Shown here: one piece after another, positions 19,031-28,056 of the stretch
How positions within the stretch are numbered: the stretch's first letter is position 1
Layout of the letters: every line of letters starts with the position of its first letter
Origin: a virus
Lineage: Duplodnaviria; Caudoviricetes
DNA length: 64,000 bases
Direction: 5' to 3' (one strand)
IMG/VR virus record: IMGVR_UViG_3300018405_000014
Span: 32,001-96,000 of that record
The notes under the pieces: model-generated
Database searches by the model: none
Told to the model about the DNA's origin: nothing
The model's input: only the letters and a program-made list of their open reading frames with translations
Program-made: the position numbers and the translations under genes

Positions 19031-20050
19031 GTGGGTATGTATATCCGTCCACTGAAGTACAACAAACCGGTCGAGCAGCAACTGCTCGACATTTTGAACT
19101 TTACCAACGGCACCGCTATCGAGCCGTGGCAGGTTACCTTCGGTCCTCCCATCCCCGAGCAAGATCGAGAGATCCCGATTAACCTGCCTCACGTTCACGA
19201 CTACGATCTTCAGCGCCCCAACGTCACCACGCTGACGCGGATCGAAGTCAAGCCGACACCGGAATCGGGCTGGCGCCGCTCGCAGCACCTGACCTACCGC
19301 CGGCGGATCATCCAGGACCATTTTGCTGCAGTGCCGTTCGTCATCTATGCAGTGGAAAATTCCGATGCGGTGATCCTCAAGGCACTGAAGGATCAGTACG
19401 GACTTCACCTTGAACCTCACCTGGTCACCATCGACTTCGAACAGATCCCCATCACCACTGTGCTCTTTCAAACGCACATGGGGTCGATCATTGAGAACAA
19501 TATCGAATGTGAAGACTACATTCCACCTGTGACCTGGAATGCCAACGTCAAGATCAATCCAGACCACCCGATCTGGATGGGTGAAATCAAGGTCTATATC
19601 CGTGAGGCTGTCCTGCTTCTGGATCGTCCGATCAAGACCACCCTGGAAGTCAAGCGTTACCTGGGACCAGGCAATCACGACAAGCTTCCTGCCGAGATGA
19701 TCCTGCCCATGGATCGCTTCGTTGATTACGACCATACCCTCAAGCACCTCAAGCACGGTGATCTGGTTGGGGCATGGGCAGTGGATATGGCCAAACGGGT
19801 CACTGGTGATGAGTGGGTGTTCGAGAAGCGCCCGTTGCCTTTTAACCTCTATGGGGCAAAGGTAGTTTACAACGGCCTGAACACGGGCGAGATCTACATC
19901 AATGACCCTAAGGTCTCCAATGCTTTGATTATTCAGTTCCATGACGAGTACTCGAATAACCTTGCAGGCCAATGGATCATCGGCTACTACAACCACGAGA
20001 ACTGGCTGCGGCGTTCGCGCATTGATCATCTGCCGATACAGGATCAATGA
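19031..20050 (+). CDS. Virion structural protein
   Basis: 339-aa ORF in structural operon; LTYRRR, HPIWMGEI, PFNLYGAKVVYNG. Confidence 0.65.
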   Translation: MGMYIRPLKYNKPVEQQLLDILNFTNGTAIEPWQVTFGPPIPEQDREIPINLPHVHDYDLQRPNVTTLTRIEVKPTPESGWRRSQHLTYRRRIIQDHFAAVPFVIYAVENSDAVILKALKDQYGLHLEPHLVTIDFEQIPITTVLFQTHMGSIIENNIECEDYIPPVTWNANVKINPDHPIWMGEIKVYIREAVLLLDRPIKTTLEVKRYLGPGNHDKLPAEMILPMDRFVDYDHTLKHLKHGDLVGAWAVDMAKRVTGDEWVFEKRPLPFNLYGAKVVYNGLNTGEIYINDPKVSNALIIQFHDEYSNNLAGQWIIGYYNHENWLRRSRIDHLPIQDQ

Positions 20051-20101
20051 AAGCGAATTCTATGACCATATCCTATCTTTACGCTTGCTAAAGGCCTCGT
20101 C

Positions 20102-20977
20102 ATGCAAAAGATTGTCCCAACCCAACTGTCCAACTACCTTCAGGTAGCCAACTTCCTTGGCAGTTCCTTTGTTAAAGAAGAGAACACCACGCTCAACCAG
20201 AAGTTCGATATCCAGGCCAGTGCAGCCATTCCGCCCAACGCTCGCCCGACATTGAAGTTCTTCACCATCGGTATCGGTGGACACGGCTACACCATGGGGC
20301 CGAACAACATCCCCTTGAGCCAGGGTGTCGACCATACCTCGGCAGACGCCGGCCTGTACCATCACCTGCCGTTCGTGGTTCGTCCGATCAATGACGACCT
20401 GACTGCCGGTGAGCGAACCCGCTACTGCCTGCGCAAGACCATAACGGTTGATTCCGTGAACCTGGTTGCCTATTACGGGAAGCGTCTGGACCTGACGTCG
20501 GTCCGTCCCCGGATGACCAAGCGCACCATTCTCGATGATCAAACCATCGTCGAAGACTACGTCTACACCGAAGCCAACCTCTCCCCTACGCCGCCAGAAA
20601 TCCCCAACACTGGAGCGGTGACCACCAGCAACGAGTACCTGGCCACTTCGGCTATCGTGCCCATGCCGTTCACGGAAAAGGACGTGGCTGAGCTGTACAA
20701 CGTCGCAGAGACCCTGTTTGGGGATCGTCGGTTGGCGGTAATCAGTGAGTTCGGTTTCTGCACAGGAATCGATGCCGATGTGTCGATCAATACGCCGGCT
20801 GGCGCAGTCAACTTCAAAGAAGTCATCGCTGCCCAGATCGCCTCGATCATCAGCGGCCACTACGAACTGATTTACAACAGCAAAGGCTTTGACTTCAGTC
20901 TGGAAGTGGGTGCTGTCCAGCCGCTTCTTGGCACCAGCCAGATCCCGACGGTGTCCATGCAGATGCTGGGTGGTTAA
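20102..20977 (+). CDS. Virion structural protein (conserved phiKZ-like)
   Basis: TTLNQKF, IGIGGHG, LPFVVRPINDDL motifs. Confidence 0.65.
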   Translation: MQKIVPTQLSNYLQVANFLGSSFVKEENTTLNQKFDIQASAAIPPNARPTLKFFTIGIGGHGYTMGPNNIPLSQGVDHTSADAGLYHHLPFVVRPINDDLTAGERTRYCLRKTITVDSVNLVAYYGKRLDLTSVRPRMTKRTILDDQTIVEDYVYTEANLSPTPPEIPNTGAVTTSNEYLATSAIVPMPFTEKDVAELYNVAETLFGDRRLAVISEFGFCTGIDADVSINTPAGAVNFKEVIAAQIASIISGHYELIYNSKGFDFSLEVGAVQPLLGTSQIPTVSMQMLGG

Positions 20978-21011
20978 CACCCGGTAAACCGACTCCCTGG
21001 GGGACCTAGCC

Positions 21012-21602
21012 ATGCAGTTTAACGATGAGTCATTCATCTACCGCATCATGGGGATCGATAACGGCTCGTCTATGTTAGGGATGGTGGTGACAGACCTGGA
21101 TTTGCGTACTGGATTGTACGAGGTCGTCACTGCCGAAACCTTCGTGGCCGAGAAGATCCTAAAGGACTACCAGGGGTTGGTTTCATCGCACGGGGCTCGT
21201 TGGGCACGTCAGCACGCATTGCAAGATGCGGTGGCCAGTGCATTGCGATTCTTTAACCCGCATGTCGTGGCTGTGGAGACTCCATTCTTCATGCCACGTC
21301 GGGTACAGAGCTTTGAAACCCTGACAGAGATGATGATTTTCATTCGACTGGCTGTAGAAGATTACGGTCTAGGCAGTGACATTATCCGCGTCACCCCTGG
21401 TCAAGCCAAGCGGGCTGTTCAGCCTGCTAACTTCACCATGAAAAAGGCAGTCATGAAGGACTGCGTTCTTAGAATGGAAAACATCCATTATCGAGAGGGA
21501 ATCCACAAAGACGCGCTGACGGAACACGAGTACGATGCAATCGCTGTGGCCGTGGCCCATGGTCGAGATGTGAGAAGTGCGACGGGTTTCGTCAAGCCAT
21601 AG
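21012..21602 (+). CDS. ruvC: Holliday junction resolvase RuvC-like
   Basis: IMGIDNGS, VAVETPF, HEYDAIAVA catalytic motifs. Confidence 0.85.
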   Translation: MQFNDESFIYRIMGIDNGSSMLGMVVTDLDLRTGLYEVVTAETFVAEKILKDYQGLVSSHGARWARQHALQDAVASALRFFNPHVVAVETPFFMPRRVQSFETLTEMMIFIRLAVEDYGLGSDIIRVTPGQAKRAVQPANFTMKKAVMKDCVLRMENIHYREGIHKDALTEHEYDAIAVAVAHGRDVRSATGFVKP

Positions 21603-21620
21603 ACCATGAGGGGCGTCGTG

Positions 21621-22088
21621 ATGCTACTGTCTGACGTGATAAAGGTAATTGGTGACGATGAGCTCGAAGAGTTTCCGTGGGGGGGCGTGGTTGTCGATAC
21701 TGTCAACCTATTCGTCACTGAAGAATTTCGTTTGAAGCTGTCTTCAACCGGCCACGATGTTGACCGCGCCCTGAATTCTCTGGGTGCGGATGTGAAGGAT
21801 CTGGTGCTTAGGGCCAACCTGGACACCAGTCAATGCCGTATCACTGCCCCAGTGGGCGGTGGCATGGTAGTAGAGTTTGAAGAGACTACACCTGAAGATG
21901 AAACACGTAAGCTATGCAAGGCCATGAAGAGTCCGGTCTTTGTCGTAGTGGCGGTGGTGGTGATGATGATGATTATAGTCGCAATGATTATGATCAGTCT
22001 CCTGCCAGGAAACAGACCAATCGACCGGTCCGAGGTGTTTTCAGAGGCGGTTAGGATCTTCTTCCCGTCCCTATTAAACCTACCGTGA
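21621..22088 (+). CDS. Membrane protein
   Basis: Long hydrophobic stretch VFVVVAVVVMMMIIVAMIMISLL; GAGGGG SD. Confidence 0.65.
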   Translation: MLLSDVIKVIGDDELEEFPWGGVVVDTVNLFVTEEFRLKLSSTGHDVDRALNSLGADVKDLVLRANLDTSQCRITAPVGGGMVVEFEETTPEDETRKLCKAMKSPVFVVVAVVVMMMIIVAMIMISLLPGNRPIDRSEVFSEAVRIFFPSLLNLP

Positions 22089-22098
22089 GTAACGGACT

Positions 22099-22302
22099 AT
22101 GGGTACTGTTGAACCTGTAACACCACCTGAGAACAAACGTGGATTTGCTTTCTACGTCAAGATGGCCATTCTGGCTGTCGTATTGTTGGTTGTACTTTCT
22201 GAAATTGTTATATCGCAGCGCGCGGGAACCTCATTCAACATGGAGATGCTCGATAAGCTTCTCGATACCTTATTGACCCTGCTGGCCCCGACTCCTGAAT
22301 GA
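22099..22302 (+). CDS. Small membrane protein
   Basis: One TM segment (MAILAVVLLVVLSEIVIS). Confidence 0.6.
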   Translation: MGTVEPVTPPENKRGFAFYVKMAILAVVLLVVLSEIVISQRAGTSFNMEMLDKLLDTLLTLLAPTPE

Positions 22303-22310
22303 TGTACAGA

Positions 22311-22356
22311 CATAGAGCCTCCTAGAGCCCCTTCAAAGGCTCTAGGAGGCTCTATG
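22311..22356. terminator. Long hairpin between convergent genes
   Basis: catagagcctcctagagcc / ggctctaggaggctctatg, 19-bp stem. Confidence 0.8.
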
Positions 22357-22363
22357 CGGCACG

Positions 22364-23002
22364 TTAGTGCTTCTTGCGATGCATCGGGTTGCTTACCTCA
22401 AAAGAGTTCTTAAACAGCGTCCTGACGAACTCTGCATCTTCCTGGGTCTTGATGCCGGGTTTGATCACGCGGATGTCTTCCAGGGCAAAGGGAATCTCCA
22501 CCTCTTCGATCTTCACACCATCCGGTACTTCCAGATCGATCTTGACCATCGATTGCTGGACACCCTCGGCATCTTCAAAGACGTCCACTTCAAGCACCAA
22601 GTCACTGTCCTTGACCGGGAAGAAGTAACGGGTCTTTTTCAGACCAGTGGGTACCAAGGAACGGAAGATAGCGAATGTATCGGCCGAGATCTCCATTTCA
22701 TTCTCTTGATTGCCGTCGGGTTGTTTGACCTTGATGGTTTGGGTGTAGACAGGCTCACCGTCCCCGGTCTTTGTCATGCGGACACGGATGTTACCGTTTA
22801 TGCCCGTATCACCCCCTACGTTGCAGGGCATGCCCCATTGTTCCTGGAACTCCTGACGGTCTGCCGACTTGGCCAGTGCTTCAAGGTCCTTGACTTTACC
22901 GTAGATCTCATATTCCCGTTCCTGGACCGTAGCCCCTTCTGCATTACTCTCCAAGCTGACGGCGTAGACGGGCGCCATGGCTTGTTTGAGGATTGTGTTC
23001 AT
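22364..23002 (-). CDS. CYTH-superfamily (triphosphate tunnel metalloenzyme) protein
   Basis: EREYEIYGK, IRVR, TIK, ENEMEI, KKTRYF, LEVDVF, IDLEV motifs. Confidence 0.7.
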   Translation of the reverse strand: MNTILKQAMAPVYAVSLESNAEGATVQEREYEIYGKVKDLEALAKSADRQEFQEQWGMPCNVGGDTGINGNIRVRMTKTGDGEPVYTQTIKVKQPDGNQENEMEISADTFAIFRSLVPTGLKKTRYFFPVKDSDLVLEVDVFEDAEGVQQSMVKIDLEVPDGVKIEEVEIPFALEDIRVIKPGIKTQEDAEFVRTLFKNSFEVSNPMHRKKH

Positions 23003-23101
23003 GATAATGTCCTGTAGACGTAAGACCGACAAAAAAAGAAATGCACCATAGAATGACAGGGAAAGGCCGAAGCCCTCCCCTGTCACCCTGTGGCGTATGA
23101 C

Positions 23102-25018
23102 TTAAGCCAGACGGATACCTACGATGTCGCGGGCACCACTGATGGCCACCAGCTCGAAGCACAGGTTGTCAGCGGTCATCATGTAGATGTGCCCTGCGCC
23201 AGCCAGACGGCGTGCGGTGGCATACAGCTGCACCAGAACTTCAGCCAACTGCGGTTGTGCACCGGCCCCAGTCTTATTGGGGGTGCGCACTTCCTCAGAG
23301 ACCAGCCCGAATTCTTCAGAGCTCACCTTGACATGGATCATGCCCAGCGGCTTGAACAACACCGCGACATTTTCACGGAACTGACGGTAGGCTTCCGGAT
23401 CTTCTTCAGCGATCGGCAGCGTGTCCGTGCACTCCATGAACTCCATACGCATGGCCTCATCGGTCAGCGGCGTCAGGCTCAGCAGCAGGTTGCGGGTACG
23501 GCTGAGGAACTGTGCTGCATAGCCGGCACCGAACTTCTTGAACCGACCGCAATTGAGCAGGTCTTCAAAGTCCTCAACAAAGCTGGTGATCTTCAGGCCC
23601 GACAGACCAAACTGATCCAGGACTGCACGGTTCACCTCGTCGGTGTAATGCTTGTCCAGGTAGTTCATCACGTTTTCAGCGATGTTGCCACGCAGTGTCT
23701 TCAGGCGCTTTTGCAGCACCAGTAGATCCGCTTCGCTTTCATTCAGCGCTTTGATGGAATCCAGCGCTTTGATGGTCTCCTTGTCAGCGGGCAGTTGGAC
23801 AGCTACAAACTTGGATGTCACAGTGATGTGTTCATCCTGCTTTTGCGCAGCACCGGCCGCCTGAAGGGCAGCTTCTTCCAAGCTGGAAACTGCCTCAGTG
23901 CCAGACACACTGTGGACACTGTTCAGTTTCAGGTCATCGAGCACGTACTTGCGGACAGCTTCTTCCACATTCTTCAGTGCATCGAGGTCAACCACATCTA
24001 GGTCGTTGCTGGGGAACAGGTCATCACCGCTTTCACGGTCAGACACAGAACGAACTTGGTTGGGGCGGGTCATGTTGCGGATTTCGTGGGCGTACTCGAC
24101 CAGGTCTCCAGTCACGGCTAGGAACTCCTCTCGGACAGAGCCGTCCTTGCCCTTAACAAGGAAGCAGACTTCCTGGTCGGGATCGTAGGTACGGCGGGTG
24201 TGTTGTTTGGGTGACCAAGTCCAGGCGAACTTGGAACGGTGGGCCAGCTGCCAGTTCTCGCCGTTGACCCAGAAGTCATCGTACGGACGATCTACATTGA
24301 AATCAGGGCCGTCAGACTTCTGAGTTTCAGCAACCGGTTCTTGACGCACGGTTGTCGGGATGTCAGTCCGCGCCACATCGACGCGCCCTTGACTAATACC
24401 CGATGCCTCTTGACCGAACCCGGCGCGGCGTGGTTGTTGCTCGTCACGGTTAAACAGGCTAGCACGCGGCTGTTCAGCCTGCGGGACCGCTGGTCGACGA
24501 GAAAAGATGCTGTTGCTACCCCGGACATCACGCTGAGGTTCGTTGCGGCTAAACACCGAACCTGCACGCGAGCCCACGACACGGTTATCGCCACGCTCAA
24601 AGACGCTACGGCGGTCACCACCAAAGACACCCGAGGAACGACCGGTGCCGGCACTGCGGCCCTGGATACGTGCCAGCAGGGTGTTCCACTTATCCTCGTG
24701 ACGACGCATGTCGGTGTAGATGTCATCCGGAGCGGAGTCAACAAAATCCGGATCACTCATACCGAAGGCGCCCACATGACTGTCGACGATGTCGACGATC
24801 ACGTCACGGACGATAGCTTCTTCGTTCGAGCTACGCGAGGTGCGCAGGTCGTTGTCTGCCACGACGGCAATCACATCCACCAGCTGATTCATCTCGCTGT
24901 TGTTGTAATTCTGAGCCGACATGTAGCGCGCGTACTCACGACGAAGGCTGTTGGAACTGGCCCGGTTCTCGATGTAATCGATAGTGCGGTCGTAGACGTA
25001 GTTGATCAAGTCGCTCAT
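23102..25018 (-). CDS. Conserved hypothetical protein downstream of nvRNAP subunit
   Basis: 638-aa ORF, GGAG SD, low-complexity S(V/I/L)F-repeat linker. Confidence 0.75.
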   Translation of the reverse strand: MSDLINYVYDRTIDYIENRASSNSLRREYARYMSAQNYNNSEMNQLVDVIAVVADNDLRTSRSSNEEAIVRDVIVDIVDSHVGAFGMSDPDFVDSAPDDIYTDMRRHEDKWNTLLARIQGRSAGTGRSSGVFGGDRRSVFERGDNRVVGSRAGSVFSRNEPQRDVRGSNSIFSRRPAVPQAEQPRASLFNRDEQQPRRAGFGQEASGISQGRVDVARTDIPTTVRQEPVAETQKSDGPDFNVDRPYDDFWVNGENWQLAHRSKFAWTWSPKQHTRRTYDPDQEVCFLVKGKDGSVREEFLAVTGDLVEYAHEIRNMTRPNQVRSVSDRESGDDLFPSNDLDVVDLDALKNVEEAVRKYVLDDLKLNSVHSVSGTEAVSSLEEAALQAAGAAQKQDEHITVTSKFVAVQLPADKETIKALDSIKALNESEADLLVLQKRLKTLRGNIAENVMNYLDKHYTDEVNRAVLDQFGLSGLKITSFVEDFEDLLNCGRFKKFGAGYAAQFLSRTRNLLLSLTPLTDEAMRMEFMECTDTLPIAEEDPEAYRQFRENVAVLFKPLGMIHVKVSSEEFGLVSEEVRTPNKTGAGAQPQLAEVLVQLYATARRLAGAGHIYMMTADNLCFELVAISGARDIVGIRLA

Positions 25019-25041
25019 GGTGTACTCCAGATCTGGTAAAC

Positions 25042-26676
25042 TTAGGTGCGTCGGATCAGTGCTTGCGTATGATCCAAGATAGGTTTGAACTCAGGTACCT
25101 CTTCGGTCGTATGTCGAGGTCCCAGACGGATACACGGATTGAACCGGTTGTTTCCGATGGGGGTTGACTTCGGCAGTACGCCGAACCCTGTGACAGCAGC
25201 GAAGGAGGAGTCCAAGTACATGGTGGGGCCAATCGGCTTGGCATCTTGGCTTTTACCCCGGCCGTGGGTATCGGTCTGCTGAACAATCACACTCGTGATC
25301 TTAAAGAACATGTTGTCACTCGGGTTGGACACCGAGGAGACTTCGGGATGTTCGGCAGCGGAACTGATGCCATGGATCAACCATGGGTTGAAATACTTGC
25401 GAAGAATATCCTCGTACTCCTTGTTGGTGAGGGTCTTCTTGGAATTGCCGGTGATCTTGAACAGGAACTCGAACACATTGTTGTTGATGTTACGCAGCAG
25501 ATAGCGCAGCACTTCGAGACGCTTGTTGTACAGGCAGGCCTCCTGGCCTCGCTTGCTGTTCAACATGTTCTGCATCTCTTTCATGATGTGGGCCATCAGG
25601 TCGTACAGATCGCTGCAGTCGATGTTCACTTCCTTCAGTGTCTTGATGGTTTCTTGGTCCACATAACCATCGAGCGACTTCAGGTGAATGTCAATTTCAC
25701 TGACCAGCTTGCCGTAGTTGTTGCTTTCACCCCAGAGAATGAACGCGAGGAATACACGCCACCACCAAGTATCATTCAGATCCTTGACGTCTTCCACGTA
25801 CTCTGGGAAATGGTCAATCACGTAGAAGAACCCTGCCGCCATCGAACTGGCCAGCTCACTCCATGATCCGCGGTCTATCAGCATGATAAAGTCGGTGGCA
25901 ATGGCTTCGTAGTTACGACGTGGGTTCACGCCCCGCGGGGCTTTACGCATCGAGCTGACCTTGACCCAATATTCTTCAGGATAGGCTTCCGGGTCGTAAT
26001 CTTGCTGGCGCATGACCACCGGTCTGGTGCCGGTGTACTTTTCAAACGCCTCGTACAACCCATACTTACAGAACAGGTAATGTGGAAGGGAACTGAAGAC
26101 ATACCCCAGGCGAATCAGATCGCTACGGTTGCGTGCCTTCTTGTTGTGCAGCTGGGAGTACACCACCTGCTCCTTGACCCGCAGACCATCGATCACCACG
26201 GTGTAGCTTTCGCGGTTAAACGACATCGGTGCACGCGGGATGCGGATGAACACACTGTTCTCTTCGATCTCGAAAGCAATGTCGCCCATGACGGGTGCCA
26301 CTGCAAACGGTTTACCTGAAATGTAAAGCATGCCTGCCTGTCCCACATATGGCAGGTACATGTACATTGGGGCAAGTTCTTTGCCCTGATTCCTGAACCG
26401 ATACTTCACCAAATACACCGAGGTGTGCGCGATGTCGTAGATCCGGTTATTGCCCGAGCGCGCCCGAGTAATGACGTTATACGTTTCCAACGGCGAACAG
26501 CGCTCACTCCCGATAAATTCGAACCCATCCGGATACTGGGACTCACCGCAACGGATGCGGCTATCAATGTAGGCCTTGGCGTGCGGGACGTCCTTACAGG
26601 CAATCCCTTTGACCACATCCTCATTGAACACTGGCGCACGTTTGCGGTGAGAGTATTCGAATAATGCGGAGTCCAT
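25042..26676 (-). CDS. Non-virion RNA polymerase beta-type subunit (phiKZ gp123-like)
   Basis: 544 aa; YLPYVGQAGMLYISG, LYNKRLEVLRYLL; position two genes downstream of MCP as in phiKZ. Confidence 0.75.
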   Translation of the reverse strand: MDSALFEYSHRKRAPVFNEDVVKGIACKDVPHAKAYIDSRIRCGESQYPDGFEFIGSERCSPLETYNVITRARSGNNRIYDIAHTSVYLVKYRFRNQGKELAPMYMYLPYVGQAGMLYISGKPFAVAPVMGDIAFEIEENSVFIRIPRAPMSFNRESYTVVIDGLRVKEQVVYSQLHNKKARNRSDLIRLGYVFSSLPHYLFCKYGLYEAFEKYTGTRPVVMRQQDYDPEAYPEEYWVKVSSMRKAPRGVNPRRNYEAIATDFIMLIDRGSWSELASSMAAGFFYVIDHFPEYVEDVKDLNDTWWWRVFLAFILWGESNNYGKLVSEIDIHLKSLDGYVDQETIKTLKEVNIDCSDLYDLMAHIMKEMQNMLNSKRGQEACLYNKRLEVLRYLLRNINNNVFEFLFKITGNSKKTLTNKEYEDILRKYFNPWLIHGISSAAEHPEVSSVSNPSDNMFFKITSVIVQQTDTHGRGKSQDAKPIGPTMYLDSSFAAVTGFGVLPKSTPIGNNRFNPCIRLGPRHTTEEVPEFKPILDHTQALIRRT

Positions 26677-26694
26677 TGGCTACCCCTTGTTCTG

Positions 26695-27825
26695 TCAGGC
26701 TTTGGCTGATATTTTAGACAATACCCCGTAAAGAGTAATGGCTGCCCCTACGATCGCAACGATCGTCTTAGCCCATTCGACATAATTACGCCGCATCGCG
26801 GCTTCCCTGTCTTGCTGAGCTTTGCTGTAAGCCCCTTCATTACGTAAGTTCTGAAGTGTCTTCTCTACCTCGAGCTGTTCGGTCCTGATCTTGGATTCCT
26901 CCAGTTTCCGAATCGTCATGTCGCGCTCGATCATCCCCTTCGCCATCTCGGTGATCGGGCCACCGTTGATAGCGTCTTCCACGGTCCGGTGTAGTCCGAA
27001 CTTCTTATCTGCCTCTTCGAAGGTGTACGAACGGTTGATCACTTCACTGACCACCCGCCCTTCATCCACCGGCTTACGGCAGACCACATGAATCCCAGTC
27101 GGGTAGGACAGGTCCCGCTCCACCGGAATCATGAATACATCGCCACCCACATTGATGTAGCGCGTCCCGCGCTGCACCTGATGGGCATTGTCCACAGCTT
27201 TAAGCATGAAACCAAAAGTCGCCTCACCCATGCCAGGCGCTATGTCCTGCAGGGTCCGTTCATCGCGCTTGATCTTGTCAAACGGATGGCGGGCTCCACG
27301 GTCTGCGACCCACTCTACCAGAAGATCGACATCCGGCATATAGCAACGCCCGGAGGCGTCTGTCATGTCGCGCCAATAGATGACATACTCTACACTGGCA
27401 CTCACGAACTGCTGAGTGTTTGCATGCAGTGCACCGTCGTAGGCCCTGATCCAATACTGGGTCTCACGGTCATCCAGGTTAGGACGGGTCCGTAACGTAT
27501 CAAGAGCCCGTTCCATGGATGCCTTGCTCATGGTGTGCGTGACACAGACGATGAATTCATCGCCACTGCCATTACCGATCGGCGGAACCACAATAGCGGT
27601 ACCGTCTCGACTGGTCACAACAACGTCACGCTCCATGTAGTTGTAATAGTTGGTGGTGACATACGGAGCACCCCTCACTCCTCGCTCATGGTCCGCACTG
27701 GCTCTTCTTATCCGCGTAGCGTTTCGCTGCTGATAAGGAAGATCTTCACGTTCGAGGTGAGCGGGATTCTGAGTGCTATGTGGGTACCTATTAAAGCGAT
27801 TATCGATGCGAGTGACGTCGTCCAT
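26695..27825 (-). CDS. Conserved hypothetical protein (phiKZ gp122-like) with coiled coil and C-terminal TM
   Basis: Synteny; ends WAKTIVAIVGAAITLYGVLSKI. Confidence 0.7.
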   Translation of the reverse strand: MDDVTRIDNRFNRYPHSTQNPAHLEREDLPYQQRNATRIRRASADHERGVRGAPYVTTNYYNYMERDVVVTSRDGTAIVVPPIGNGSGDEFIVCVTHTMSKASMERALDTLRTRPNLDDRETQYWIRAYDGALHANTQQFVSASVEYVIYWRDMTDASGRCYMPDVDLLVEWVADRGARHPFDKIKRDERTLQDIAPGMGEATFGFMLKAVDNAHQVQRGTRYINVGGDVFMIPVERDLSYPTGIHVVCRKPVDEGRVVSEVINRSYTFEEADKKFGLHRTVEDAINGGPITEMAKGMIERDMTIRKLEESKIRTEQLEVEKTLQNLRNEGAYSKAQQDREAAMRRNYVEWAKTIVAIVGAAITLYGVLSKISAKA

Positions 27826-27937
27826 AGATGAACACCATTATTTAAAAAATTACTACGGAATCGTGTGATTTTATTTCTTTTGATACTGATGACTGACTGC
27901 GTGCCATCAGTCTAATGGCAATCGCTTATTTCCTTGA

Positions 27938-27973
27938 TCACATCGATAATGTATCGCTCTATTTCGCTTCAAT
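27938..27973 (-). promoter_or_regulatory. Putative early promoter driving the nvRNAP-subunit operon
   Basis: ATTGAA-N14-TACATTAT-CGATGTGA. Confidence 0.6.
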
Positions 27974-27989
27974 GGATTCTGGACATGCG

Positions 27990-28025
27990 GCATAAAAAGC
28001 GGACCGAAGCCCGCTTTTTATTTGC
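27990..28025 (-). terminator. Terminator after major capsid gene
   Basis: ataaaaagcgg-accgaagc-ccgcttttta (TTCG-containing loop on minus strand). Confidence 0.7.
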
Positions 28026-28056
28026 GTCACTAGGACACCCAGTCAACCCTTACGGA

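Noticed and set aside
21621-22302. Holin call for the two small membrane genes
   Set aside because: TM segments only; not adjacent to endolysin or spanins, so evidence is insufficient.
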